A stretch of 64,000 nucleotides of DNA, from the NCBI GenBank assembly GCA_965116815.1, contig OZ220722.1, positions 149,962-213,961 of the forward strand, in the 5' to 3' direction. Source of the stretch: Candidatus Poribacteria bacterium. Lineage in GTDB: Bacteria; Poribacteria; WGA-4E; WGA-3G. A program made the translations under genes and the position numbers. The first letter of the stretch is position 1. Every line of letters starts with the position of its first letter. Shown here piece by piece: positions 1 through 9,006 of this stretch. The notes beneath the pieces were generated by a model, which saw nothing but the letters and a program-made list of their open reading frames with translations, did no database searches and was not told the origin of the DNA.

Positions 1-126
1 TATTTCTGTCCGAGCGACCTGAACTGTGCGTGGGAAGGTAGAATTTGCGAACCTGATCATAAAGAGCAGCAAAAATGGGCATTTGAACAGGGAATGAACG
101 TTGTCGCCTATGCCTTGACACGGTAA
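1..126 (+). CDS. 3' end of a CDS truncated by the window edge, product unknown
   Basis: Frame 1 is open from nt 1 to TAA at 124-126 (...AFEQGMNVVAYALTR*). Too short to assign a family. Confidence 0.35.
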   Translation, partial: YFCPSDLNCAWEGRICEPDHKEQQKWAFEQGMNVVAYALTR

Positions 127-127
127 G

Positions 128-268
128 TAGTTATCGGTTTTCAGTTAACTTTGGATGTAGGTGCATTTTTTGTAACCGCCAGGATCCAATGGATATGTGG
201 AAGATAAAGAAATTGCTATCGCACCCCAAACGAGCCTGATAATTGACGATCGACAACTGAAAACTAAC
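128..268. repeat. Family A palindromic intergenic element
   Basis: Left arm TAGTTATCGGTTTTCAGTTAAC (128-149) is inverted relative to right arm GACAACTGAAAACTAAC (252-268). The same arm sequence recurs at more than 10 other sites. Confidence 0.7.
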
Positions 269-325
269 AAGTGAAAGCACGCTATCATGATGATAGCAAT
301 CACATGACTTCCGCGGAGGAAAATC

Positions 326-2209
326 ATGGAAACGAATTATAGATCAGTTTGCTGGCATCTTTTGAAATGTCCGTTGTTTTGTCTCGTAACGCTGTTCATC
401 GTTTTTGCCCCTTACGCCAACGCGCAAGAACGATTCTCAGATGCGGTCGGTCCTGTTCCGGTTGAAGAGGTAACAGTAATAACCCCATTGGTCGTGCCAT
501 ATATAACATGGGGTGGTGAAGCAGCACTCTTCCATGCCAACGGTGGGCTGACGACTCGTCCCGGGACGATTATGGCGGAACTGGGCATGAATCTCAAATT
601 GGTGCCGGGCGATAATTTTCAGCAGCAGGTCCGCGACTATCTCTCAGGCAAATCCCCCTTTCTGCGTGGTACATTCAGAATGATAGCACAAGCGAGCGAA
701 GCCGTGGGAAAAGATGCCCGTACAAAACCGGTCGTTTTTGGGCAGCTCACGTGGTCGGCAGGCGATCATTTCGTTGGGCGTTCCAACATTCGCAAAATAT
801 CTGACCTCCGAGGGAAAAAGATCGCAATCCAAAAGGGGGGACCGCATGTAGGAATGCTCTATGATATGCTAAAAACCGCCCGTCTTTCAAAGGCACAGGT
901 AGAAATCGTTTGGGTGGACGAACTAACAGGGGCGAACGGACCCGCAGAACGCTTCCGAAATGACGCAACGATCGCAGGCTGCTTTGTAATAACGCCCGAT
1001 ATGATCGGATTGACAGGGGGACCTGAGAATACGGGGACAGGTGCTGAAGGCACCGTCAAAGGGGCATCGGTCGTCGTCAGTACTGCCACGCTTTCTCGGT
1101 CTATTGCCGATGTTTACGCCTGCCGCAAGGATTTTTACGACGCTTACAAGCCGTTTGTTGAACGCTTCTTTGCGGGTTACCTGAAAGGTGCCGAAGAGGT
1201 CGTCGCTCTCAAAAAAACCTACGAAGTGAGCGGATCCACAAAATACACGCAGCTCCTGACGATGATGCAAAACATCTATGGTAAGGAAGTGTTACCGACG
1301 CTCGAAGAGGATGCACACGGCTTAATCGCGGATTGCACGTTCGTTGGGCAACCGGGAAATATCGCTTTCTTTAACGATCCGAGCAATACGATTACCGGGT
1401 TTGAAGGCTTCAATAAAGCAGGGCTGGATATGGCTGTGAACTGGGGGTTTGCGAGACAGCGATATGCGTTGATTCCCTCCGGTTTAGATTTTAACTCGTC
1501 AACCTTTAAGAACTTGCTGACGACGACTGTTACAGCACCTACACAATTGAAACAAACACGTTTCAAGAAAGAGACTGTCCGCGCTGAAATTGAATCGTTC
1601 AATGAAGACGCAGTACTTGATGAAAAGACGCTTATCTCGTTCACAATCCAGTTCAAGGCAAACCAAGACACTTTTAGTGATGCTCAATACCAAGACGAAT
1701 TTGATAGGGTTGTTGAACTCGCCTCTAAATACGGGAACGCTGCAATCGCCATCAAAGGACACAGTGACCCCTCGCGAACGTTGAGTGTATTAGTTAAAAC
1801 AGGACTCCAAAAAGGTATTTTGAAACGGACAGGGACCCGAGGTAATTACAAATATTTTATGGACGGTAAGGCTTTTAGTTTGGAAGATACTGGAAATCTA
1901 ATTCGACTGGTCCAGCAGAAGAAGTTTGACGATGGCAGCAGCATTGAGAGTCCCTATCAAGTCATGCGGGCTGCGCTGAAACTCTCCGAGCAGCGCGGGC
2001 AAGCGGTTAAACAAGCGATTATCGCTTATGCACGTCGCAAAAACGCACGTATCGATCCAGACCAAATTGTGCCGGTAGGTGTCGGAATCAAGGAACCTGT
2101 TATCGCAAAACCGACCAGCCCTACTGAAGCAGCAGAAAATCGCCGTGTTGAATTCGCACTGATCAAAGTTTCAGCGGAAGCTGTCGCAGTCTCCGACTTT
2201 GATTTTTGA
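326..2209 (+). CDS. Secreted substrate-binding-domain / OmpA-family protein
   Basis: ATG preceded by GGAGGA (315-320). N-terminal hydrophobic signal. Central periplasmic-binding-like region. C-terminal OmpA_C-like domain (IKGHSDPSR...AENRRVEFALIKV). Confidence 0.75.
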   Translation: METNYRSVCWHLLKCPLFCLVTLFIVFAPYANAQERFSDAVGPVPVEEVTVITPLVVPYITWGGEAALFHANGGLTTRPGTIMAELGMNLKLVPGDNFQQQVRDYLSGKSPFLRGTFRMIAQASEAVGKDARTKPVVFGQLTWSAGDHFVGRSNIRKISDLRGKKIAIQKGGPHVGMLYDMLKTARLSKAQVEIVWVDELTGANGPAERFRNDATIAGCFVITPDMIGLTGGPENTGTGAEGTVKGASVVVSTATLSRSIADVYACRKDFYDAYKPFVERFFAGYLKGAEEVVALKKTYEVSGSTKYTQLLTMMQNIYGKEVLPTLEEDAHGLIADCTFVGQPGNIAFFNDPSNTITGFEGFNKAGLDMAVNWGFARQRYALIPSGLDFNSSTFKNLLTTTVTAPTQLKQTRFKKETVRAEIESFNEDAVLDEKTLISFTIQFKANQDTFSDAQYQDEFDRVVELASKYGNAAIAIKGHSDPSRTLSVLVKTGLQKGILKRTGTRGNYKYFMDGKAFSLEDTGNLIRLVQQKKFDDGSSIESPYQVMRAALKLSEQRGQAVKQAIIAYARRKNARIDPDQIVPVGVGIKEPVIAKPTSPTEAAENRRVEFALIKVSAEAVAVSDFDF

Positions 2210-2310
2210 TAGTTATCGGAGAAGAGAGTCATCAGTTATCGGTTATCAGTTAAAAGAGGTTTGATTAAACCATGTCCCTCTTGTAACTTAGAGACTGACA
2301 ACCAATAACA
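2210..2310. repeat. Family A palindromic element
   Basis: CAGTTATCGGTTATCAGTTAAAAGAGG - loop - CCTCTTGTAACTTAGAGACTGACAACCAATAAC. Starts with TAG directly after the TGA stop of the upstream gene. Confidence 0.75.
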
Positions 2311-2325
2311 AATAAAGGGTTCCTT

Positions 2326-3252
2326 ATGAAATGTATTCTAACTGCCGGGTCCAGCATGCTATCTATTCTGCTACTGGGGCTGTTTGTTTTCGGTCTCCAG
2401 ATTTGCAGTGCTGACGATGACATCCACAAAGATAACATCGTTGTGATCCTTGATGCCTCCGGTTCAATGCAGGACAAGTTTAGTGGAGATCGGACGAAAT
2501 CGAAGATGGAAGCCGCGAAGGCAGCACTCCAAGAAGTTCTCTCAAAAATTCCAGACGACACACATATCGGATTATTAGTGTTTAGTGGTGCCAACATCCG
2601 TAACGAATGGATATATCCGTTGGGTCCGAAGGACACGCAAAAACTGACAGCAGCCATTCATGTACCGCAACCCGGTGGGAATACGCCCTTAGGGAAATAC
2701 ATCCGAATCGGTGCAAATCGCCTCCTTGAACAACGGGAAAAACAGTACAACTACGGAAACTATCGGTTGTTAGTTGTCACAGACGGTGAGGCTTCGGATG
2801 CCGACAAAGTCAAGCACTATACGCCTGAAATCCTCAATCGACAGATTCGTGTTGATGTTATCGGTGTAGATATGAAAACCGATCACATGTTGGCAAATGT
2901 CGTAGATAGCTACCGCAAGGCGGATAACCCCGGCGAGTTGGTGGCAGCAGTGTCGCAGATCCTTGCAGAAACTGACGATACCGGAACAGACGTTGGTGGC
3001 GAAGATGCCTTTGAATATATTGCCCCACTTTCATCGGAGATTGCCGCTGATTTGATCCAGCAACTTACAACGCCGCCAAGCAATACGTCAATTGCTATAA
3101 AGCATGCAGAAGCAACGCCATCGCAAACGACAACACCGAAAAAGACTCCGACACCACAGCGATCTGATGAAAACCAAGGCACTTTATGGTTCGTTATGAT
3201 TCTAATTGTGCTTGCCGTTACAGGTTTCTTGGTTTTCAGAAATAGGAAATAG
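2326..3252 (+). CDS. von Willebrand factor A (vWA) domain protein with C-terminal TM anchor
   Basis: Signal peptide. MIDAS motif ILDASGSM (DxSxS). VVTDGEASD. P/T-rich linker. C-terminal hydrophobic helix WFVMILIVLAVTGFLVF. Confidence 0.8.
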   Translation: MKCILTAGSSMLSILLLGLFVFGLQICSADDDIHKDNIVVILDASGSMQDKFSGDRTKSKMEAAKAALQEVLSKIPDDTHIGLLVFSGANIRNEWIYPLGPKDTQKLTAAIHVPQPGGNTPLGKYIRIGANRLLEQREKQYNYGNYRLLVVTDGEASDADKVKHYTPEILNRQIRVDVIGVDMKTDHMLANVVDSYRKADNPGELVAAVSQILAETDDTGTDVGGEDAFEYIAPLSSEIAADLIQQLTTPPSNTSIAIKHAEATPSQTTTPKKTPTPQRSDENQGTLWFVMILIVLAVTGFLVFRNRK

Positions 3253-3256
3253 GACT

Positions 3257-4852
3257 ATGGACGCTGGAAAGAAAAAACGCCTAATCATCGCTACAGCAAG
3301 CTGGCTCATCATCATCGGCGTTAGCGGGTTAGCTTACAAATTTGTTGTTGAACCGTGGCTTCGAGGGGACCTCGTCAAAGAGACGAGTACACAAAGGTAT
3401 GCACACACTATCAAAGTGGCGCACGACTCCTTTCCGGGGTATGCGATACTCCGCTCTCCGGCTGTTCAGAACTTGCTCGACCGGCAAGGTATTAAACTCT
3501 CGTTTGTTGACGACAAAGCCGACTATGTAGGCAGGGCACGTGCCCTGAAAAGCGGTAAGGTTCAGATGGCAGTTTTCACCATCGATGCCTACCTCAAGGC
3601 GGGGAGCGTTATCGGTGAGTTTCCAGGTTCAATTGTCCTCGTGATCGATGAATCTAAAGGGGCAGATGCAATTGTTGCGTATAAGCGAGGGGTCCCTCAA
3701 ATACCAAGTTTGAGCAATCCGCGGGCGCGCATCGTGCTGACACCCGATTCGCCGAGTGAAACGCTTGCGCGTATTATGATTAACAAAATGAGTCTGCCAA
3801 GTCTTCCTAATGCGTGGGCAATGGAGACAAACGGTGCTGAAGATGCCTATAAACAACTCAAGTCCGCTGACCCTGATGAGCCGTACGCCTACGTCATTTG
3901 GGAACCGTACGTGACGAAAGCACTCGCTATTGAAGGCGTACATCTGCTGTTAGACAGTTCAAAACTGAAAGGCTATATTGTTGATGTGTTAGTGGTTCAG
4001 CGCGGTTTTTTGGATTCACAACGCGAACTCGTCACGCATGTTGTCCAAGCCTATCTCCGAGCAAACTATGACTACAACAATCAATCCGATGGATTAGCCT
4101 CTTTAATTCAAGCGGATGCAAAGCGATATGGCGACTCGCTTACCCGAAATGAAACAGATAAATTGGTCAAAGGGATTGAATGGCGGAACACGGTTGAGAA
4201 CTACGCGCATTTCGGTGTAATTCCCTCGACAGAGGCAAAAGGAACCGAGAGGCTCGAAGCGATGATCGCTAAAATTACACAGGTCCTCGTGCAGACGAAC
4301 TCAATTTCTGCCGATCCGCTGTCAGGAAATTATGAGCTGCTCTTCTTTGAGGGTATTTTGCGCTCACTCCACCACGATAAATTCCATCCGGGCATGCTGA
4401 ACGCAAGCGGTAATGATGGATTAGACGGCATTTTTGTTGGCTCAACCCCTATGGAACAAGTTCGAGAAGAAACCGCATTGAACCCACTTTCCGATGCCAA
4501 CTGGAACGCGCTCGCACCCGTTGCAGCCATGAAAGTAGACCCCATCCAATTCGGAAGAGGTAACGCCCGGATCCTCCCAGGTAGTAAACGTGCACTGCAA
4601 GAACTTGCAGCAAACCTAAAATCGTTTCCACAGTACTATCTCAGAGTCGTAGGACACACACGTCAGGAGGGAGATCCCGCCGCAAATCGGGTGCTCGCGT
4701 TACAACGTGCTGAGGCAGCCGCACAATCCCTGAGAGATTTTGGTATCGCAAACCATCGCATCCGCGCCATTGCAAGTAATCAGACTTCCACCCAGATGCG
4801 CGGGGCAGCCGCACAAAGTGTTACATTCCAGCTTCTCGGAAAACCGTATTAA
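3257..4852 (+). CDS. Membrane-anchored substrate-binding-domain / OmpA-family protein (paralogous architecture to 326-2209)
   Basis: Start taken at MDAGKKKRL, just past the vWA stop; the longer ORF from 3206 would overlap it. N-terminal TM helix. NMT1/SsuA-like binding domain. C-terminal OmpA/MotB-like domain (VVGHTRQEGDPAANRVLALQRAEAA). Confidence 0.7.
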   Translation: MDAGKKKRLIIATASWLIIIGVSGLAYKFVVEPWLRGDLVKETSTQRYAHTIKVAHDSFPGYAILRSPAVQNLLDRQGIKLSFVDDKADYVGRARALKSGKVQMAVFTIDAYLKAGSVIGEFPGSIVLVIDESKGADAIVAYKRGVPQIPSLSNPRARIVLTPDSPSETLARIMINKMSLPSLPNAWAMETNGAEDAYKQLKSADPDEPYAYVIWEPYVTKALAIEGVHLLLDSSKLKGYIVDVLVVQRGFLDSQRELVTHVVQAYLRANYDYNNQSDGLASLIQADAKRYGDSLTRNETDKLVKGIEWRNTVENYAHFGVIPSTEAKGTERLEAMIAKITQVLVQTNSISADPLSGNYELLFFEGILRSLHHDKFHPGMLNASGNDGLDGIFVGSTPMEQVREETALNPLSDANWNALAPVAAMKVDPIQFGRGNARILPGSKRALQELAANLKSFPQYYLRVVGHTRQEGDPAANRVLALQRAEAAAQSLRDFGIANHRIRAIASNQTSTQMRGAAAQSVTFQLLGKPY

Positions 4853-4856
4853 GGAA

Positions 4857-4953
4857 TAGTTGTCAGTTATCGGTTACCGGTTATCAGTTAAAGAGGTTTG
4901 ATTACATCAGACACCTCTTAACTAACAACTAACAACTGACAACTGATAACTAA
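4857..4953. repeat. Family A palindromic element
   Basis: TAGTTGTCAGTTATCGGTTACCGGTTATCAGTTAAAGAGG - loop - CCTCTTAACTAACAACTAACAACTGACAACTGATAACTA. Confidence 0.75.
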
Positions 4954-4961
4954 TAAAGAAA

Positions 4962-5747
4962 TTGATTGATCGGAAATTGTTTCGGAAGAAATTCCTACTT
5001 CATCTTCTTGGCAATTCTTACGTTATCTTTCCTTTTGCCGCAGGCGGCTCCATCGCTTTTGCATCTTGGATATTCAACTTAGAACCGCAGATTCTCTATC
5101 TATTCGGCAGTGCGATTCTCAGCATCTTGGTGCCCATCGGGACTCTGATTAGCAAATGGGCTGCCGGCACAGACGATATAGCCAAACAGGTTCATAGTGA
5201 GATTCTTCAGGAGGTCCATCAAAAACAAGAAGAAGCACTGAACACTTTACGTGAACAACTTGAAGCCGATGGCGATGCACGAACAGAGACAATGCTTGAA
5301 GAACTCCGCGCCTTGCACACGTCCTTTCAGGAGGAAGCAGGTGGAGACGGATGGATGGGAAGCCTTCCGATTACCGTCAGAGCCGACATTACCAATAAAG
5401 TTTCTGAACTCTTTACACAAGCAGTCGAGTGTTTGAAAGACACGCTTAAAATGCACCAAAAATCAACGGGGACGCAATTGGGAACTACCGTTAAAAGTGT
5501 GCTTCAACAACATCGAGAACAACAGATTAAAGATGTTCAACAGACGATCCTTCAACTTTCACACCTCTACGCCAGGGTGCTAACGCTCAATCCTGAAAGC
5601 GATGAGACAGAACTTACACGCCTTCGCTCGGAACTCGACGAAAGTCTTACTTTTGCCAAACAGGTTGATGCGAAGATACGAGAATTAACATCATCTCATG
5701 ATTATGATGCCTCTCAAACAAAAGATGAGGAATCTCAAGAGGAATAA
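4962..5747 (+). CDS. Two-TM membrane protein with long cytoplasmic coiled coil, function unknown
   Basis: TTG start. Two N-terminal hydrophobic helices followed by E/Q/L-rich heptad-like sequence. The architecture only resembles XpaC-type proteins. Confidence 0.55.
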   Translation: MIDRKLFRKKFLLHLLGNSYVIFPFAAGGSIAFASWIFNLEPQILYLFGSAILSILVPIGTLISKWAAGTDDIAKQVHSEILQEVHQKQEEALNTLREQLEADGDARTETMLEELRALHTSFQEEAGGDGWMGSLPITVRADITNKVSELFTQAVECLKDTLKMHQKSTGTQLGTTVKSVLQQHREQQIKDVQQTILQLSHLYARVLTLNPESDETELTRLRSELDESLTFAKQVDAKIRELTSSHDYDASQTKDEESQEE

Positions 5748-5762
5748 ATCAAAGGAAGAATT

Positions 5763-7559
5763 ATGACGCAATACACACGGCACTACGACAACATCTCCAG
5801 CAGCTGGGAACCTGTTTTAGAACGTTTAAAGACATTTGAATTACTCACACAGCAAATCAATAAAGGAAAAAAAGAACAGAAAACCGATTCAACCGAAACG
5901 CTCAAAACATTCTACACACATCATAATGAATTAATAGCAGATACGCGTGCCCGGGCAAGACAAGTACCGAGATATTGTGATGAGACGATTTTAGACACCG
6001 CCTTCGTTGAAGCTGTTTGGCTATCGCTTGAACACTACCCAGCTTTAGTACATCATCCAGAGATTGAAAATTTAGATACCGCCGGTTCCAAGACCTTCAC
6101 ACTTTTTACACCCGATGCTCCGACGACCTTAGATAAACGAGAAGATTTAAAAACCCGGCTCCAATGGACATTCAATCTCGATTCAGTAACCGTGGATAGG
6201 CTAACCGAGCAACTGTCCACACGAACGAGTTCACTTCGCCATCGGCATCAAATTATGAAGAGTTTAGAAACGCGCTTTAATCTGGTGTCCGATAACCCGA
6301 AACTGGATACAGATATTTTACAACTTTTTCAGTCTTTATATCCGGGCGCGCCTTTTGAAACAGGCGATGTGAAACTGGTGAAAACTTCCTCCGCCCTCTA
6401 TTTTTGTCTCCCAACTGAGCCGCAGGAGAAGGCACAGGAGTCCAGCACCTCCACAGGGGAACAGAGTGGAGAACACAATCCACCACAACGCCCTACAGCC
6501 TATTATGAAAAAGTCCTCCGAAAAATTTGGGAGGTCGAACCCTTTGCACATTTCCCTGTGTTCGGAACTTTTGACGCAGATGATTTAGACTTAAACTTGC
6601 GTCAGCAGATCGCTGCTGACACCGAACTGCCTTTGGAATTGGTTACGTCCACACTGACGCGTATGATTGGCGTTCTTCCCTTAGCAGAACTTGACAAATA
6701 TCTAATTCACGATACTTGGGGACATCAGTGGCAGGAAAGTCTACTCGACTTTGAGGAATCTTACACAAAATTAACTTTGTTCAAACGCCCACTATCCTTA
6801 ACGGAAACGGCTTCCGTTATGGGGAAGCAGACTTCGTTCGCTGATACATTCGTCAAAACTGAGACCGGCGCAATAGAACTTGATGCAGTCAAACTACAGC
6901 AATTTATTGATGCGGAATTGTACGAACGCACAATCATCGCCTTCACGCCTATTCTCGCAGAAATGCTCGCGGATGTGGTAGAATACAAGTTTTTGGAATT
7001 ACATCCTGAACAAGAACATCTGTTGCCGAGTTCCTCCCTACTCAAAGCATTTCCGAGTAAACTGGATTTGACCCTCGTGGACTTACGCACTTGCTTTGGG
7101 CATGCCTCCGAAGTTTTCCAAAATTGGGTCGCCTCTGAATCGACACAACGGCAATTACATAAGGAAATTTGCGAGAAACTTGATATTCCAAACGATGCGA
7201 CACGACACAAGGCACTTTCGCAAGTCCTCAGTAGGGCGGTCGAACTCTGTAAAGAGCAGCTTCACGCCTTTTATAAACCGGAATGGTTTTGGGAACAAAC
7301 CGAGACCGGTCAATTGAAATTGAACGCGTTCAGCTTCGCGGCACTGAACTTTCTCCGCATTCACACCGCCCTTATTCAGGCATACAAAGATCTCTCGCAG
7401 ATCGAAACACCGTGTGGCTTCAAGGATATCTTGGTATTGGCGATGGGCACCTATTTTGAAAGAAACCCACAGCAGAATATCTGGCAGCTTGACAGTTTTT
7501 TAACAGAGGCGTTTCTCCCGCGCTGGGAAAAATTTGCTGAGGTAGCTCCAAGCATTTAA
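5763..7559 (+). CDS. Hypothetical 598-aa protein
   Basis: ATG 6 nt after AAGGAAG, 15 nt after the upstream stop. Long uninterrupted ORF. No motif I can name (contains IHDTWGHQWQE). Confidence 0.6.
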   Translation: MTQYTRHYDNISSSWEPVLERLKTFELLTQQINKGKKEQKTDSTETLKTFYTHHNELIADTRARARQVPRYCDETILDTAFVEAVWLSLEHYPALVHHPEIENLDTAGSKTFTLFTPDAPTTLDKREDLKTRLQWTFNLDSVTVDRLTEQLSTRTSSLRHRHQIMKSLETRFNLVSDNPKLDTDILQLFQSLYPGAPFETGDVKLVKTSSALYFCLPTEPQEKAQESSTSTGEQSGEHNPPQRPTAYYEKVLRKIWEVEPFAHFPVFGTFDADDLDLNLRQQIAADTELPLELVTSTLTRMIGVLPLAELDKYLIHDTWGHQWQESLLDFEESYTKLTLFKRPLSLTETASVMGKQTSFADTFVKTETGAIELDAVKLQQFIDAELYERTIIAFTPILAEMLADVVEYKFLELHPEQEHLLPSSSLLKAFPSKLDLTLVDLRTCFGHASEVFQNWVASESTQRQLHKEICEKLDIPNDATRHKALSQVLSRAVELCKEQLHAFYKPEWFWEQTETGQLKLNAFSFAALNFLRIHTALIQAYKDLSQIETPCGFKDILVLAMGTYFERNPQQNIWQLDSFLTEAFLPRWEKFAEVAPSI

Positions 7560-7581
7560 AAGAAACAATTGAGAATTGCTT

Positions 7582-8814
7582 CTACAGATATAAGAGCAAT
7601 TGTTCGCGAAGGCGTTCATAGGCGAGATTTGCACCAGCGATGTTGCCTGAAGCTGGACCTATCTGAAGCTGCGCGATGGTGCCGGAGCCGAAGAGGTTTT
7701 CGATTGGTTGGAGTTGTAAATCAACATCAAGTCGCGGGAGTCCACACACAAGTGGAACTTGATGTTGTGTGATTAATTCTCTCAAAAAACCATAACGACG
7801 AAGGTCAAATCGATATCCCGTTGCGAGAATAACGCGAGATACGTCAGCGATGACACCACACGTTGTCTCAACCCGCAGCCTTTGTGATTGCGGACCCTCT
7901 CCCATCGCAACAATGTTGCGGATACAGGTCTCAGGATAGAGGTCAATATTTGGAGCATCTATCAACACCTCCATAATATCAGGCGTAATGCTCCCTTCCC
8001 CTCTGTTCTGCTGAATTATCTCGTAACGTCGCCGAAAATCGGTTTCGTTCGCAAACTCGGCGAGTGCCTTGGGACCTAACCATACCGGCGGAAAATCAAA
8101 TTGCTCCATTTTTAACTGCTTGCGAGCAATCAATGCTACACTCTGTCCGCGCGCGCTGAGGCTCCTTGCAAGTGTCCCCGCCGTCAATCCACCACCAACA
8201 ATAACAATTTTGCCCTTGCCACTTTGTTCATCCTCACAACCCATTTCAAATTGAGAGGCGTGTAAAATCCTGTCGGGATACCGACATTGCCATTGGACGA
8301 ACTCGGGTGGCACGTAAGCACAGTCGTCAGCCCCGATAGCAAGGATGACACAACGACTCCGAAAACCTTGATTATTCGTTGAGATTAGACGGAACGGAAA
8401 CCGCCCCGCGCCTTTGTCCCACCGCAATTTTGCCACATCAAACTGATAATAGACCTTGCGCACCTCCAATTCGGCAAGCGTATCCTTGCAGAAATCCCAA
8501 AAGAGTTGTGTAGAGGGTTGTGAATATGGCGGTGCCAACTCGCCTGTGCGGTTATGGCGTTCCGCGTATTCAACGATACCCAACGCATCCGGCGTAATGT
8601 GATGAACAGCAGGAGAACGGAGAAAGGTCATGCCTTGGCGTTCCGTTTTGCGCCGCCATTGGGTAAGAGGTCGCGGATGTCGATCAACGATTGCGAGGTG
8701 TTTCGCCGCCGTTGGCATGTCGCGGAGTAGCCGAATCGCAATAGCGACACTGTGTATCCCACCACCGATGATGGTAATTGGAATGTTCCGATGTGCCAAA
8801 CAGTTATCAGTCAT
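7582..8814 (-). CDS. FAD/NAD(P)-binding oxidoreductase (N-hydroxylating monooxygenase-like)
   Basis: Two dinucleotide-binding motifs: IIGGGIHSVAIA near the N-terminus and IVIVGGGLTAGTLA mid-protein. Confidence 0.65.
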   Translation of the reverse strand: MTDNCLAHRNIPITIIGGGIHSVAIAIRLLRDMPTAAKHLAIVDRHPRPLTQWRRKTERQGMTFLRSPAVHHITPDALGIVEYAERHNRTGELAPPYSQPSTQLFWDFCKDTLAELEVRKVYYQFDVAKLRWDKGAGRFPFRLISTNNQGFRSRCVILAIGADDCAYVPPEFVQWQCRYPDRILHASQFEMGCEDEQSGKGKIVIVGGGLTAGTLARSLSARGQSVALIARKQLKMEQFDFPPVWLGPKALAEFANETDFRRRYEIIQQNRGEGSITPDIMEVLIDAPNIDLYPETCIRNIVAMGEGPQSQRLRVETTCGVIADVSRVILATGYRFDLRRYGFLRELITQHQVPLVCGLPRLDVDLQLQPIENLFGSGTIAQLQIGPASGNIAGANLAYERLREQLLLYL

Positions 8815-8850
8815 TGGTTATCAGTTATCGGTTAAGAGGGATCTTGTAAC
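8801..8850. repeat. Family A element, truncated copy overlapping the start codon of 7582-8814
   Basis: CAGTTATCAGTCATTGGTTATCAGTTATCGGTTAAGAGGGATCTTGTAAC. The gene's ATG (8812-8814 on the minus strand) lies inside the arm. Confidence 0.6.
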
Positions 8851-8920
8851 AATTTACCGCTTTCTGGAGTCCGCAGTTGCTAAAATGTTGTCAAAATTCT
8901 TAAATTGACACCTATGGTCA

Positions 8921-9006
8921 TTAATTATCAGTCACCAGTAAGAGGCGTGCGATTAAATCTGAAATCTCTTGTAACCGACAACTGAAGACTGATAACTGAA
9001 AACTAT
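8921..9006. repeat. Family A palindromic element
   Basis: TTATCAGTCACCAGTAAGAGG - loop - CTCTTGTAACCGACAACTGAAGACTGATAACTGAAAACTA. The terminal CTA is the TAG stop of 9003-9818. Confidence 0.7.

Noticed and set aside
145-327. 60-aa minus-strand ORF between the first partial CDS and gene 326-2209.
   Set aside because: It lies within a family A repeat and the promoter/RBS region of the downstream gene. Nothing supports it as coding.
2231-2260. The periodic CAGTTATCGGTTATCAGTTA-type arrays looked superficially CRISPR-like or like tandem operator sites.
   Set aside because: The units are 7-8 nt with no spacers. The arrays occur as inverted arms around a loop at many loci, and no cas genes are present. 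This is a palindromic dispersed repeat, not CRISPR.
3206-3256. Longer start for the second SBP-OmpA gene (track ORF begins at 3206).
   Set aside because: It would overlap the vWA gene's C-terminal TM-anchor codons by 47 nt. The ATG at 3257 gives a typical basic N-terminus plus TM helix.
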